In this document: positions 1-10,388 of the stretch, one piece after another
Layout: each line of letters starts with the position of its first letter
Numbering within the stretch: position 1 is the stretch's first letter
Origin: Seison nebaliae
Taxonomy: Eukaryota
NCBI GenBank assembly: GCA_023231475.1
Contig: JALJEE010000636.1
Span: forward strand, 1 to 43,464
DNA: 43,464 nt
Reading direction: 5' to 3'
Notes under the pieces: generated by a model
Database searches by the model: none
Told to the model about the DNA's origin: nothing
The model's input: the letters and a program-made list of their open reading frames with translations, nothing else
Translations under genes and position numbers: made by a program

Positions 1-69
1 ATCGACCGTTTCGTCAATGACAGAGTCTGGGAAAGCGAAGATGGCCACGAAAAGTACTGGCCAAACTGA
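1..69 (+). CDS. Possible 3' end of a gene entering from the left edge (IDRFVNDRVWESEDGHEKYWPN*)
   Basis: Open frame from base 1 to TGA 67-69 with coding-like, GC-richer composition. Too short to identify. Confidence 0.3.
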   Translation: MDRFVNDRVWESEDGHEKYWPN

Positions 70-171
70 TAAGACTCGATTCCTCTGTAAATTTTGGAAA
101 ACAAAAATCCAGACATGACAATCCTATACAGTTATATACTGTTTTTTACTTATTTTCAATCAATAAATTTC

Positions 172-455
172 AGAAAATCAAAGTCTGCGTGGCTCTTTTG
201 TCCGTGGCTCTTTTGTCTCGTGGCTCTTTTGTCCATGGCTCTTTTGTCCCGTGGCTCTTTTGTGCCGTGGCTCTTTTGTCTCGTGGCTCTTATGTCCTAG
301 ACTCGATATGAGAATATCTCATTGAAAAGATCAATATTTAATGAATTGTTAAAAGATTATTGAGAAAATTAATCAAATTGAAACGAATAAATTTTAAAAG
401 GAGAAATTTATTCCGAAGTTTTGGACAAAAGGGCCATGAGACTAAAGAGCCGCAA
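172..455. mobile_element. Non-autonomous foldback/MITE-like element with tandem GTGGCTCTTTTGTCC subrepeats
   Basis: About 7 tandem 15-16 bp units at ~187-298. Two inverted units (GGACAAAAGGGCCATGAGACTAAAGAGCCGC) at ~423-453. The leader AGAAAATCAAAGTCTGCGTG and the array recur at 21336. Confidence 0.6.
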
Positions 456-2599
456 ATAATTTATTGTTTTGTTGAGAAAAAGAGAAAAAAATTAATTTTC
501 AACAAAATTTCCCCCAACACAAAATAAAAGCGAGAAAAAAATAAATACAAATTTATCAATCCTTAAGAAAGTTAATAGAACGATTAATAAACATTTACAA
601 TTGTTTACACAACCATCACTAATATGACAATTCTCTTAAAAATGTAATCAATTACATTTTGTCACTCATTTCCGTTTATGTCAATCAATCGATTTTCTTA
701 TAAATAAATCGATATATAAACCCAAAATAAAATAAGTAACTTGCTCCAAATATTAAATATTTTTCTGATAAGACGTTCATCATACATAGATACATTTGAC
801 GAAGTAGAAAAAGAGACAATTTTAGTCATCAATGATAGACGTTGAAATAATACGCACATGAACATGAAAATGAAGGGAGGAAGGACACGAAGAAACAATG
901 AGTGAAGAAACTGAAATCAGAAACTAACATTTAAAAAAAAAGAAACTTACATGACTTTTTATTAAAATAAGAGATACTGATTTGACTGTGATAACATTGG
1001 AGAAAATATTTTGTATATATTTGTAATTTGAATTTAAACAAACTTTAATGATTCCTGGTTTATCGAAAATCTACTTTTATCATGAACCATATAGCATGAC
1101 TCATTATTTTCAAACAGTAAACGAAAAGAACATTAAATCATTCAACATAATCTTTCTCATTGCGTCCCACACCATCCTATAATTGGCATCTGTTCCAAAT
1201 ACCATTCATACAAGATGATCAATCTTTTAAAACGAACATTATTTTCAATGAGCAATCATTCATTATCAAACAGTCCATAATATTATCTTTAAACATTCAA
1301 TAAGACTCTTCTTATGACGTATTCAATTACTTCATTATATATAACATTAAGAAATTTATTATTTCTAATTTTCCACAACCACAAATACATGCCAATATAT
1401 AACTGCCGTAACGACAGAACTATTAATCAGATCATGATCAGGCAAATATTATACCTAAAATTGGGATGACGTAGTTACTTATTTATCATTGCACGATGAC
1501 CTCAAACTATAGAGTTCTACATATTTTTTGTTCCACATGACTGGTTATGACGATGCATTATGTAGGGCTAAATATATTATTCATTTTCATTCAGTTTCTT
1601 ATTAAAAACCAAATATTTTTTGTAGTTAGAAACCGCAAAAAAACCACAGGAATTATGTTGTGATAAGAATTAACATATTAATTGTCTTTCAATATCAATT
1701 ATAAACATTATGAGCAAAAATTAGAAGGTAGAGTTGAAATTTGACGACCTTACTTATTTGACGATTTGAAAAAGATAATAACAGTAAAATGAAGAAGAAA
1801 ATTACTGTTATCTAATTTAGTTATTGTAAAAGAAATTTTTCCACAAAATTAAAAATGATGGAGAAGGAACCTAAACTTCTTCGGGAGTAAATGGTATAAA
1901 CTATAATTCGTCTCAAATGCCAAAACAAATAAAAATAGTAAATAATTTATTTCAACGATCTTTTAATTCGTTTCTCCGGTTTTCTTTTACATACAGTAAT
2001 TACTAATGACCCTAAAAGAAATTACGTAAACTTAAATTTCCTTTTTTAATTTATTTTGTTTTTGAATTTCCGTTTAGTTCAATCTCTTAATTAAACTTTA
2101 ATTTCTTGCACTTTATATCATATGTGATTATGCGATACCATCATAAAATTCAAAAATTTCTTAGAATTTCTTTGAATATATTTCTACTAAATGATTCTTC
2201 ACATGAACATGTTTAGGAAGGACTATTACCTCTTTTTGGTCATTAGCATGTTAGAATTATCATTTGTACGTTGGAAGAATGTTCAATAGATTTCTGAAAA
2301 ATATGAGATAAATTTGAAACATATAAGAAATTGAACTATAGAAGAACCTTGATAAGATGATTGATAAGATATTGATTAGGTGATGAATATCACCGAATGA
2401 GCATAAATTACATTTATACCATAAACATTCTACATAGATTTTCTTTCAATATTTAGAAGAAAAAAAAAGAAATCAGATAAACAAGAAATGATATAGAATG
2501 AATGATTGATGAATTTTATCATGCACAAAGTCGTTGAAATTTATATGTAAATATCATATATTTGAAAATCGTAGTTCTCTTATGATGAAAGGTAATTTA

Positions 2600-3030
2600 T
2601 TTCAAATGAACAAATGTAATTCGATTTAGAAAGTTCTCGAAAAAACGTACAGTTTTGATGCATGCCAATTTCGTTAGATACGTCCAGGAATTTTATCATT
2701 CGATGATGAGTCAAGGAGGGAAATTTCAGCACATGAACCTTTAGAAACATAATTAGCAAAAGCTTCAATCAGTTCCATAAACAAATCCTTGTGGTTCCTT
2801 CTTCTTCCACACAATCATTAAATGCTTTTCTCATTCAGCAAGGTCATTCCAATAGAATACTCGATTCATCAAATTGGAACAATTTTAAATTTATCAAAAT
2901 TTACTCCAGAAAATTTTGGTGTTCCAATTCCTCCAAATTTGCTTCTCAACACAACATTGGTATATTATTCATATCGTACGTAGCAGTAGGTGACTAGTTC
3001 AAATTTCCCTCATTAAAGACAAATGTTACC
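2600..3030 (-). ncRNA. Unidentified structured RNA candidate
   Basis: Nested inverted repeats: 11 bp at 2716-2726/3001-3011 and 10 bp at 2872-2881/2920-2929, plus several shorter stems. Plus-strand C-A mismatches next to stems become G-U pairs on the minus strand. No credible ORF. Confidence 0.4.
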
Positions 3031-3279
3031 AGTTATTCAATTATTTGTTATGATATAAAATATGGAAATTTATTTTATTTAATATTATTCAAATATTATT
3101 AACAATTAAACAATCGATTGAAATTCAAATATCATTGGGCGGATTAAGTAATGATCGATTTGGATTAATGGTGACGATAATAATGACAACCAATCGTTTT
3201 CTAGTATTATATCAAATTATTGTAACAATTGAAGCGCACTTGAAAAAATTAAATGAAAAATGAATTAAATAATTCATAT

Positions 3280-3660
3280 TAGATGGATATAAAAGGAATG
3301 ATTATTTTAGGTTAATTCATATAATTCTTAAATGTTAAATTAAGGTTGATTATTATGATGATGGCGCGTTAGAGAAAATGTTATTTCTTTTTATAATTTC
3401 TTATTTTTATTCTAAAATCTTTTTTTTCTTCTTCTTAGGATCCTACCAACTAACGCGCCATCGTTACCTAATAAGCCCTGGAAGGCACTCCGGGAAATGG
3501 AGAAAAGTGTCGATGATGGAGATATTGGAGGAGGAATAATTCTCAGGAATTATTCGAATTCAACTACTTTGAGGATAATTTACTACCAAAGACGATCATT
3601 ATCGAATTGATAATATACTAGACAGTACTAGATTGGTATACTAAAAAGTGGTCACAAATT
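3280..3660 (+). ncRNA. Unidentified spliced, structured RNA candidate with H/ACA-like 3' end
   Basis: Perfect 13-bp inverted repeat 3360-3372/3450-3462 flanking a GTT...polyY-TAG intron (3380-3438). 9-bp hairpin 3534-3555. ANANNA at 3590-3595, a terminal hairpin, then ACA at 3654-3656. Confidence 0.45.
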
Positions 3661-3667
3661 TAAAATT

Positions 3668-3709
3668 CATTCAGATCATCAAACTCCATTTAGATCATCG
3701 AACTCCATT
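3668..3709. repeat. 19-bp direct repeat, two copies plus a partial
   Basis: CATTCAGATCATCAAACTC followed by CATTTAGATCATCGAACTC and CATT. Confidence 0.6.
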
Positions 3710-4102
3710 TTTTCAAAAAAATACTTCAAATATTCTCACTAATCAAAAATTTAATTCTAATAAATTTTTTTAAAAAATTCCACTCATAATTGGTGCATAA
3801 ACAGATGGAATTTTGATAATTCAATTTAAAAAAATTAAAATTTAAATGTCCTAATTGTGCGCTAAAACAATTCCATTGGAAACGGAATTATTCTGTTTCT
3901 GATTATCACTTTCTGAAAATCACTTGGAATTTCAAAATTAATTTCTGTTTAGTTTAATCTCGTGGCTTCAATTGAATGTTAAATGATTAGACCCCGATTC
4001 TTAAACAAGAGGATTCTAATCAGAAGATTTAGAACTTCAAATAAAGATACAATCGTAATTTTTTCGAAGTTTAGTTATTTTTAATATTTATGAATTCCTA
4101 AA

Positions 4103-4373
4103 ATATTTCATGATGAATAAGTAAAAGGTCTGAGATGATATATATCTGAGTTGTTAAATTCCATTTTCCTATTTAACTAAAGAAACTTTAAGTAGAGTAG
4201 ATGAATAACTTGAAGTGAATAAGAAGGAAATGGATAGATTGGAAGGGAAATTCCACTGAAGTATATTCAGGTAATTTCATTTGATTTTATAATGAAATGG
4301 AATTTTAATGAATTTTCCGGAAATACTCAACAAATATCTCGAATGACTAGAAAATTTCGAATCTGATAATAAT
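4103..4373 (+). ncRNA. Long intronic box C/D guide RNA, scaRNA-like (U87/SCARNA5-type), predicted target U5 snRNA U41
   Basis: Box C ATGATGA 4110-4116. Guide AGTAAAAGGT pairs with U5 loop I GCCUUUUACU, followed by D' CTGA 4130-4133. Long base-paired insert, C' ATGACTA 4343-4349, D CTGA 4363-4366. 3' splice site 75 nt downstream (AG at 4441). Confidence 0.7.
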
Positions 4374-4701
4374 ATCTAATTCCTGTAAATTTTCATGAAT
4401 AATTCACATTTCAATATTAATTTTTTCAATTTCTTTTTTAGATACCTCAAATTTTACAACGGTTGAGAAATCGGATTTCGAGAGACATTGACGAGAAAAT
4501 TAATTTCCTTCACATTGGAGAATCGAAAAAAAATTATTGATAAAACGAATTTTATGTAATGTTAAATAAAAGAGTAAAAATACGAAAAAAAATCATTCCA
4601 TTATAATGTGATAATCGGAGGAAATTCCAATTTTTTTTTTGAAAATATTAAATTAGAACAATGAAATATATATTTGGAAATAATTTTTATACAATTAAAA
4701 T

Positions 4702-5829
4702 TCAAGTCCGTTTCGGTTTCATTTCATTCATACATGGTCGAATGTAAATTCTTGTCTTGTTTTTATTCGGATTGAAATGTTCGTAGCCCTAAAATAATAA
4801 GTTGATGTGAAATAGAAGGAAAAGATAGGAGATAACTTTTGACCAATCGTAACCAGAAGCGAAAGCTAAAACTCGACCAGAAGGATCGATTCCACATGCC
4901 GTTAATGGTTGATCATGTACTGGATCCGATCCCTTCAATTTTGCACGTGCATCTTTATCCCATAAATTGTATCGTCCATCTGAACCAATAGTACAGAAAG
5001 TGGATGTCAATGGATGGAAAGCGACACCATTGACCGCATATAAATGAATGTTCCGATCGTCGATAGTATTTCGATGACATTTGAAAGTAAAACATCCTTT
5101 CTGATTTGAAGGATCAACTAATTGAATAGCCATTCTCGCTTCGATACTTCCCAAAGCATAACCGATGGGATTCATTCGAGTTTGTGGAGATTCACGTGGA
5201 TCACAAAATATGGAAATACATCGACTTTGCATTCTCAACGGTGTTTGAATTGATGAATGTAATGTGGGTCTGGGATCCATATTAATGACGTGAATCTTCT
5301 TATCACTTGTCGCTACTACTCCCATATTATTGATGGCATCGGCACAATATGATTTACCTGACAAATTCAACGTTTCTAAGGGTTGGGGAGATCTTAAATC
5401 CCAAAATTTGACAGTTTGATCCCATGATGTTGTCATTAGACAATTGAATGTCGGTCGTTCTATCCAATGAACTGTACGGACAGGAGCTTCATGTTTCGCC
5501 ACTTCTACTAACTGATTGGATTGTAAGTCCCAAACTCGGCCACTAACGTCGCTTCCAGCGATGAAGATTTTCGTGCCATCATTATGCCAATTACAATGGA
5601 GCATCGGAATATTGGAGGGATTTGAGATCGATGATTTGGGGATGACTTGTCCATTTAAATTCAATTCCCATACACGAACATCTCCCGCCCATGACGTGGC
5701 CGCCATAAATAATTGATTCTCATTATAAGGAGAAAAGGAGAGTGAAGAGACTGTGTCTTCTGGAGCATTAGCCACTTCTATATCTCCTTCATTCGGATTT
5801 TTCGTTTGAGCGACTGTATTATTAAACAT
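4702..5829 (-). CDS. RAE1: mRNA export factor Rae1/Gle2 (WD40)
   Basis: Motifs DTVSSLSFS, TSWDQTVKFWDLR, FTFKCHR, GSDGRYNLWDKDARAKLK, FASGYDWSKG. ATG at 5829, intron 4836-4789 (GTT..TAG), last exon GYEHFNP...MKPKRT* ending at 4702. Confidence 0.95.
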
Positions 5830-6895
5830 TTCTAATAGAATAAAAAATAGTCGATTAGTATCTTCACAAATAACCAATATGTCTATCTAAATTACAAAAG
5901 AAATATGAAAAGACATTTTTATTTTGGCTTTGTAAAATTGGGAAAGTTTCATAATTTCTTTTATTTTTACGCAATTCCCTTCACTCGTTTACAGAGCTTA
6001 AATTTAATATTACCTAAATTATCATTCTTTAAGAATTTCTTTAACAAACTCCATTTACCAAAGTTATCATTAAATATAAACAATTTCAAAAAACTATAAA
6101 GAAATATATTTTCTAATACATATTATTATAAATTATTACATTATGTCGTTTAAATTTTAAATAAAAAATTTTGTATTACAAATTTATAAGAGTTGAAAAT
6201 ATTCTGATTACAATGTAAGTTTAATATCATTTCTCGAAATTCTCCAAAAATAATTGTAATTTCCTGCTACTACATATACACAAAATTTAAATTGTTAAAA
6301 AAAATGATTTGGGATCCATTATACTTATTTTTTCGTATTAGAATATACTTATTAGATGTAATAACAAATTAAAATTTCATAAATTTAGTTATTCAATATT
6401 GAATATATTTGAAACAATTTTGAATGAATTTTGAAGACAGAAATATATTTAATATTATCGAGATTGTAGTGAATTTCAAATTTAATCGCTTCTTTTAAAT
6501 TTCAAAAATTGTAATATTTAATCAAAATATTTAATCATTTAATTTTTAAAAAACTCATAGTTCGGGCGTTAAATTTGAATTTGAATCTTGTTCAAGTGAG
6601 AAGACAATTCATTTAACAACTATAAAAAATAGGTTACATCCATGTTACTTATAACATGTGTATTATTGTAGCACATGTCTATTCTCAAGTTCCTAGTAAA
6701 CATTAGTTAGTTCATTTCATTTCTTATCAAATAGTTACTTTGTAAGATTTAACAATGATTGTTTCGTATCTTGTAAAAAAAGATATTTAAAGATTTGTAT
6801 CTTTAATTCATTCCAAATATGGGAGATTATTGAGATGAAAGAATTATCGTGGTGATTTATGTCGTTAGTGTTTTTCAATTACGAATATTTAGATT

Positions 6896-6971
6896 AGTTT
6901 TATGATGAAAAAGTTCTGGAGTTACCGTATGATCTCATATGATTCCAACTGCGGCTATATGTCTGAAATTA
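6896..6971 (+). ncRNA. Box C/D snoRNA copy 1, snR77/SNORD65-like (18S Um in CGGUAAUUCCAG)
   Basis: C ATGATGA 6902-6908, guide CTGGAGTTACCG 6916-6927, D' ATGA 6929-6932, C'-like ATGATT, D CTGA 6963-6966. Lies 73 nt before the 3' splice site. Confidence 0.85.
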
Positions 6972-7127
6972 TAATTATTGATTAATGATACATATTATTC
7001 TTATACAATTTCATCAATTCCCTCTTCAATTCTTTTCAGATATATTTCGGCCATTTAATTTAAGATATTGTTTTCGATCGCATGAAGGAACGTTGTTAGT
7101 TTTTTTTATCTCATTTATACTTGTAAT

Positions 7128-7207
7128 ATGTTGTGATGAAAATAAATACTGGAGTTACCGTATGAATATGTTAATGATTCGAAATATGGCTAAATTTACT
7201 GAATTGA
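7128..7207 (+). ncRNA. Box C/D snoRNA copy 2, snR77/SNORD65-like
   Basis: C GTGATGA 7133-7139, same guide 7149-7160, D' 7162-7165, D CTGA 7199-7202. Lies 74 nt before the 3' splice site. Confidence 0.85.
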
Positions 7208-7372
7208 AATTTTTAAAAATTTTACGAAATTATTCTTCAAACAACTTTTATTCATAATTTTATTTTATTTTTATAGATTGAATAAGAATTCTCGACTTTG
7301 GATGTTTATTCTGATTAAATGCCAAATTGTTTACTTCTATGTTAGTTTACTTTCTTATTAATATTATTGGAA

Positions 7373-7454
7373 TTTGTGTGATGAAAAACAATGACTGGAG
7401 TTACCGTATGAATATGTTGATGATTATACAGTTCGGCAGAAAAAACTGATTTAA
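7373..7454 (+). ncRNA. Box C/D snoRNA copy 3, snR77/SNORD65-like
   Basis: C GTGATGA 7378-7384, same guide 7395-7406, D' 7408-7411, D CTGA 7446-7449. Lies 79 nt before the 3' splice site. Confidence 0.85.
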
Positions 7455-8005
7455 ATTAAGAAAAATTTTATTTATAAATCTCTTTCATTTCCTGTTTGAT
7501 GGTTAATTGATTTTTCCTTTTTTTCTAGATTTTTATCGATGAAATCGATGGTAGTGGTATTAATGGAAAATAAGTGACTGTTAGTGGAAATTTATTTCAT
7601 GAATTAGTGATACTATCCTATTATCGAGTATATTCTTAAACCTTATTCTTATTTATTACGGAGAAATAATCAATAAATATTGATCGATTTTTATACAATT
7701 TTCTTCCTTTTCCATTTTTCAGATTTTGTGAAGGAAAATGTCTTGGAAAGGAATATATATATATATGGAATAACGTGAAACAACTTCCACTTGGTCCGGT
7801 ATACGATATATGAAATTAATCTTTTATATTTTCAACAACTTTTAACAGAATAAAAATTATGATTCTTTATTGATAGTGTGCGTGATATCCTTCATTATGC
7901 ATTCATGCAATCTGATATGTTCACATCATCGTCTATTTAGGAAGAGAATAACTTTAAGCTATTAGTTGTCCATGTCGAGAGAAAGATGAAAGGAGATTAC
8001 TATTA

Positions 8006-10200
8006 ATGTTGTGGAAGAAATTCTTAAAATTTGTTAGTTCAAAAATAAAAAAATATTTCAATCGGAAAGAAATGGAATCGTCATCGATGAATTTTGATGG
8101 TTATCCACTCCATTATGAATCGATGAGTGCCGTGGATGATGAAGTGAAGAGGAGAAATCATTTGATAGACAATCTGATGATAGAAAGTCATTTGGCATAT
8201 CCCATCAGCAAATACATTTCAAATTCATTAAACGTTTTTTCCAATTTGTAATTTGTTAAGAAATAAATTAAATTTTGAAAGAAACCATTTGAAGAAATAT
8301 CATTGTTGCTGAGATTTAGAACAGTAGCAAATTTGATTGTCATGTTATTGAGATTCGTCCAAACAATTTTAGCATACGCGAAGTTGATTCTCCTTTTCAT
8401 CTTCTTCATTAGTTTCATTCCATTTCTTAGACGATATTCACCAGATTTCGATAGTAAAACTTTCTCTATCGTCGGTCAGGATGTAATGATGACGGAAGTG
8501 GATAATGTATTAATCTTAGGCAATAATTTGACATTTAACGCGAAATTTTATCGAACCGATCCTCAAGTTCGAGTTTTTCATTTTCTCTTTTAACCGTTTT
8601 CCGATTGTGAAGTCCGTTTTCGATGACCATATTTCCCACGTCTTATCAATCGCTCCATGTCTCAGGAATGAGATTGACAATCATTTGTCATATGAAAATC
8701 TTAAAAAAATTTCATCTTTCAATCATTATCCCGAATTCATACAACGTCGACTCTCCAAAATTGTTTCACTTCAAAAGTTCATTTTTTCTTCTCATTTTCA
8801 AATTCAAAATTTTCAAATTCTCATTCAGATTAAATCGTGGACGAATCGTTCTGAGAGAGGGTCATGAAGCTGATTCATTTTATTTCATTAGTTGTGGTAA
8901 AGTAGAAGAGAGTATTAGTAATGAAAATGGAGAATTGATAGTTACCAGAATTTTGAAATCAGGAGATTATTTTGGTGTTTGAATTTCTCTAAAAATTTCA
9001 AATTAACATTTCTTTCAGGAAGAAGATGTTCTGATGAAACGTCGACGTCAATATACTCATACGACGTTGAATAATGTCGAGTTGATTGTGGTGAAAGGAG
9101 AAGAGTATGAGAAATTATTCATCATTCCATCACCAGTCGTTCGAACGGATTTGTGTTCGTTACACACAATTTATTTATTGGAAGAAAGAGAAAGGAGTAA
9201 ATCGAAAAGAATTGATGGTTTTGGACGAAGAGTGAATGAAAGGAAGAAATCTTTTTATAGTTATTCGTCAAATTCATCAGGATTTTCAGTCAATTCTCTC
9301 ACTGATTATCAAGAAGTTCCTGATTATTTGAAATATGTCAAGTTGATTTATCTTCCAATTATTTTTATTGATAAATAAATATTTAAATATAATCGATATA
9401 AAATTAGAAATTTGAAATATTTCAAGAAACTTCCATTAGAATTATTCATTGAAAATCGCGAGAAATTCTATGTTAATTATTACAAGTTAAGAAAATTTCA
9501 ATGAAAATTTTCCGTTTGATCGTTTTCTTTCTAGAAATGATTGTATCATCAATTATGATGTTTTCTCATCGAAATTCATTTATCTTTTGAGAAATGGAAA
9601 TGGTCGAATTATAAAAAAATGTGATAATTTCAGTGAAGAAACATCAGCGTGGAAATCGGCGTCAACTACAACAATTGAAGATCCGTCAAGATTAGAACGA
9701 TTTCCTTTTTTCGTTAAATTAGCAAATGTTTCATCTCATCAATTAATAGTTAAAATTTTTTAAAATTTAATTTTCATCTTCATAATAATTTCTTTCAGAA
9801 TATTCATGATATTTGTTACGAGGAAACTGATAGTCCAAAATATGAGAAATGCATTTTCGTGAGTGAAGGATGTTTGTGCATTCTAGTGGAGAAGTCGTTC
9901 CTAGCTCAACATTTCGACACAAATATGAGAGAATTATTAAGGGCTGATTGTACACCTCTTCCATTCCTCTACGAATTCAACACTTCATTACGAGAAATTG
10001 TTGACTGGAAAGTTTACAAAGAAGATTTCATGAAGAATTGTCAATTGACGAAAAATTTAGAGAAAAGTAAATGTCCGAAGAAATTAATCCGAATTTCTGA
10101 TATTGAGACGATGTTAGTTACTAACAATAATTTATCAATTTGGAAACAGAGAGAATTGGAAAGGAAAGCAAAAGAGAAATTATCAAATGAAATCAAATAA
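8006..10200 (+). CDS. Cyclic nucleotide-binding domain protein (CNBD1/CNBD2-like), about 9 exons
   Basis: cNMP-binding signature GRIVLREGHEADSFYFISCGKVE...LKSGDYFGEE...RRQYT, plus a second degenerate domain. Introns 8234-8281, 8383-8430, 8567-8612, 8777-8828, 8977-9018, 9342-9407, 9486-9534 and 9749-9798 give one continuous frame. Start codon uncertain. Confidence 0.8.
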
Positions 10201-10388
10201 TGAAATTTGTATTCATAAAAAATTTTAAAGAATAATTATTAACTGTATAAGAAAATATTGAAAAAATATCGATGAAAAAAAAAAGATGAATTTTTAACAG
10301 AAATTTAACATAATTTTTTTTAATATTTTTCTCATCATCACAATTGAATTGTTGATTAGAATAAATATAAAATTTTTTTTGTAATCCA

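Larger units (their letters stand above)
6700..7860 (+). ncRNA. Non-coding snoRNA host transcript (ends approximate)
   Basis: GTTAGT donors at 6864, 7095, 7341, 7580 (and 6706). PolyY-AG acceptors at 7039, 7276, 7528, 7722. Exons of ~50-65 nt with no convincing ORF; three introns each hold a C/D snoRNA. Confidence 0.7.

Noticed and set aside
187..298. CRISPR-like regular repeats (also the 6916/7149/7395 motif)
   Set aside because: No unique spacers or cas genes, and the context is eukaryotic. The 6.9-7.4 kb motif is explained as snoRNA guides.
94..300. 68-aa ORF, and ORFs 21089-21786, with WLFC repeats
   Set aside because: Translations of tandem DNA repeats, not proteins.
912..950. Canonical GTAAGT..CAG on the minus strand as an exception to the GTT rule
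   Set aside because: No supporting exons or ORF; cannot be shown to be an intron.
2580..2972. Minus-strand frame with several TGA codons (selenoprotein or antizyme-like recoding)
   Set aside because: Also contains a TAA, has no recognisable protein or SECIS, and TGA is a normal stop in Rae1 and ATR.
3478..3656. RNase MRP/P, U3 box A or miR-124 resemblance
   Set aside because: The P4 helix does not pair properly, U3 boxes B/C/D are absent downstream, and the AAGGCAC seed has no matching precursor arm.
7595..7700. U17/snR30 m1/m2-like words (CTATCCTA, AAACCTT) in host intron 4
   Set aside because: Imperfect matches, with no correctly placed ACA or H box.
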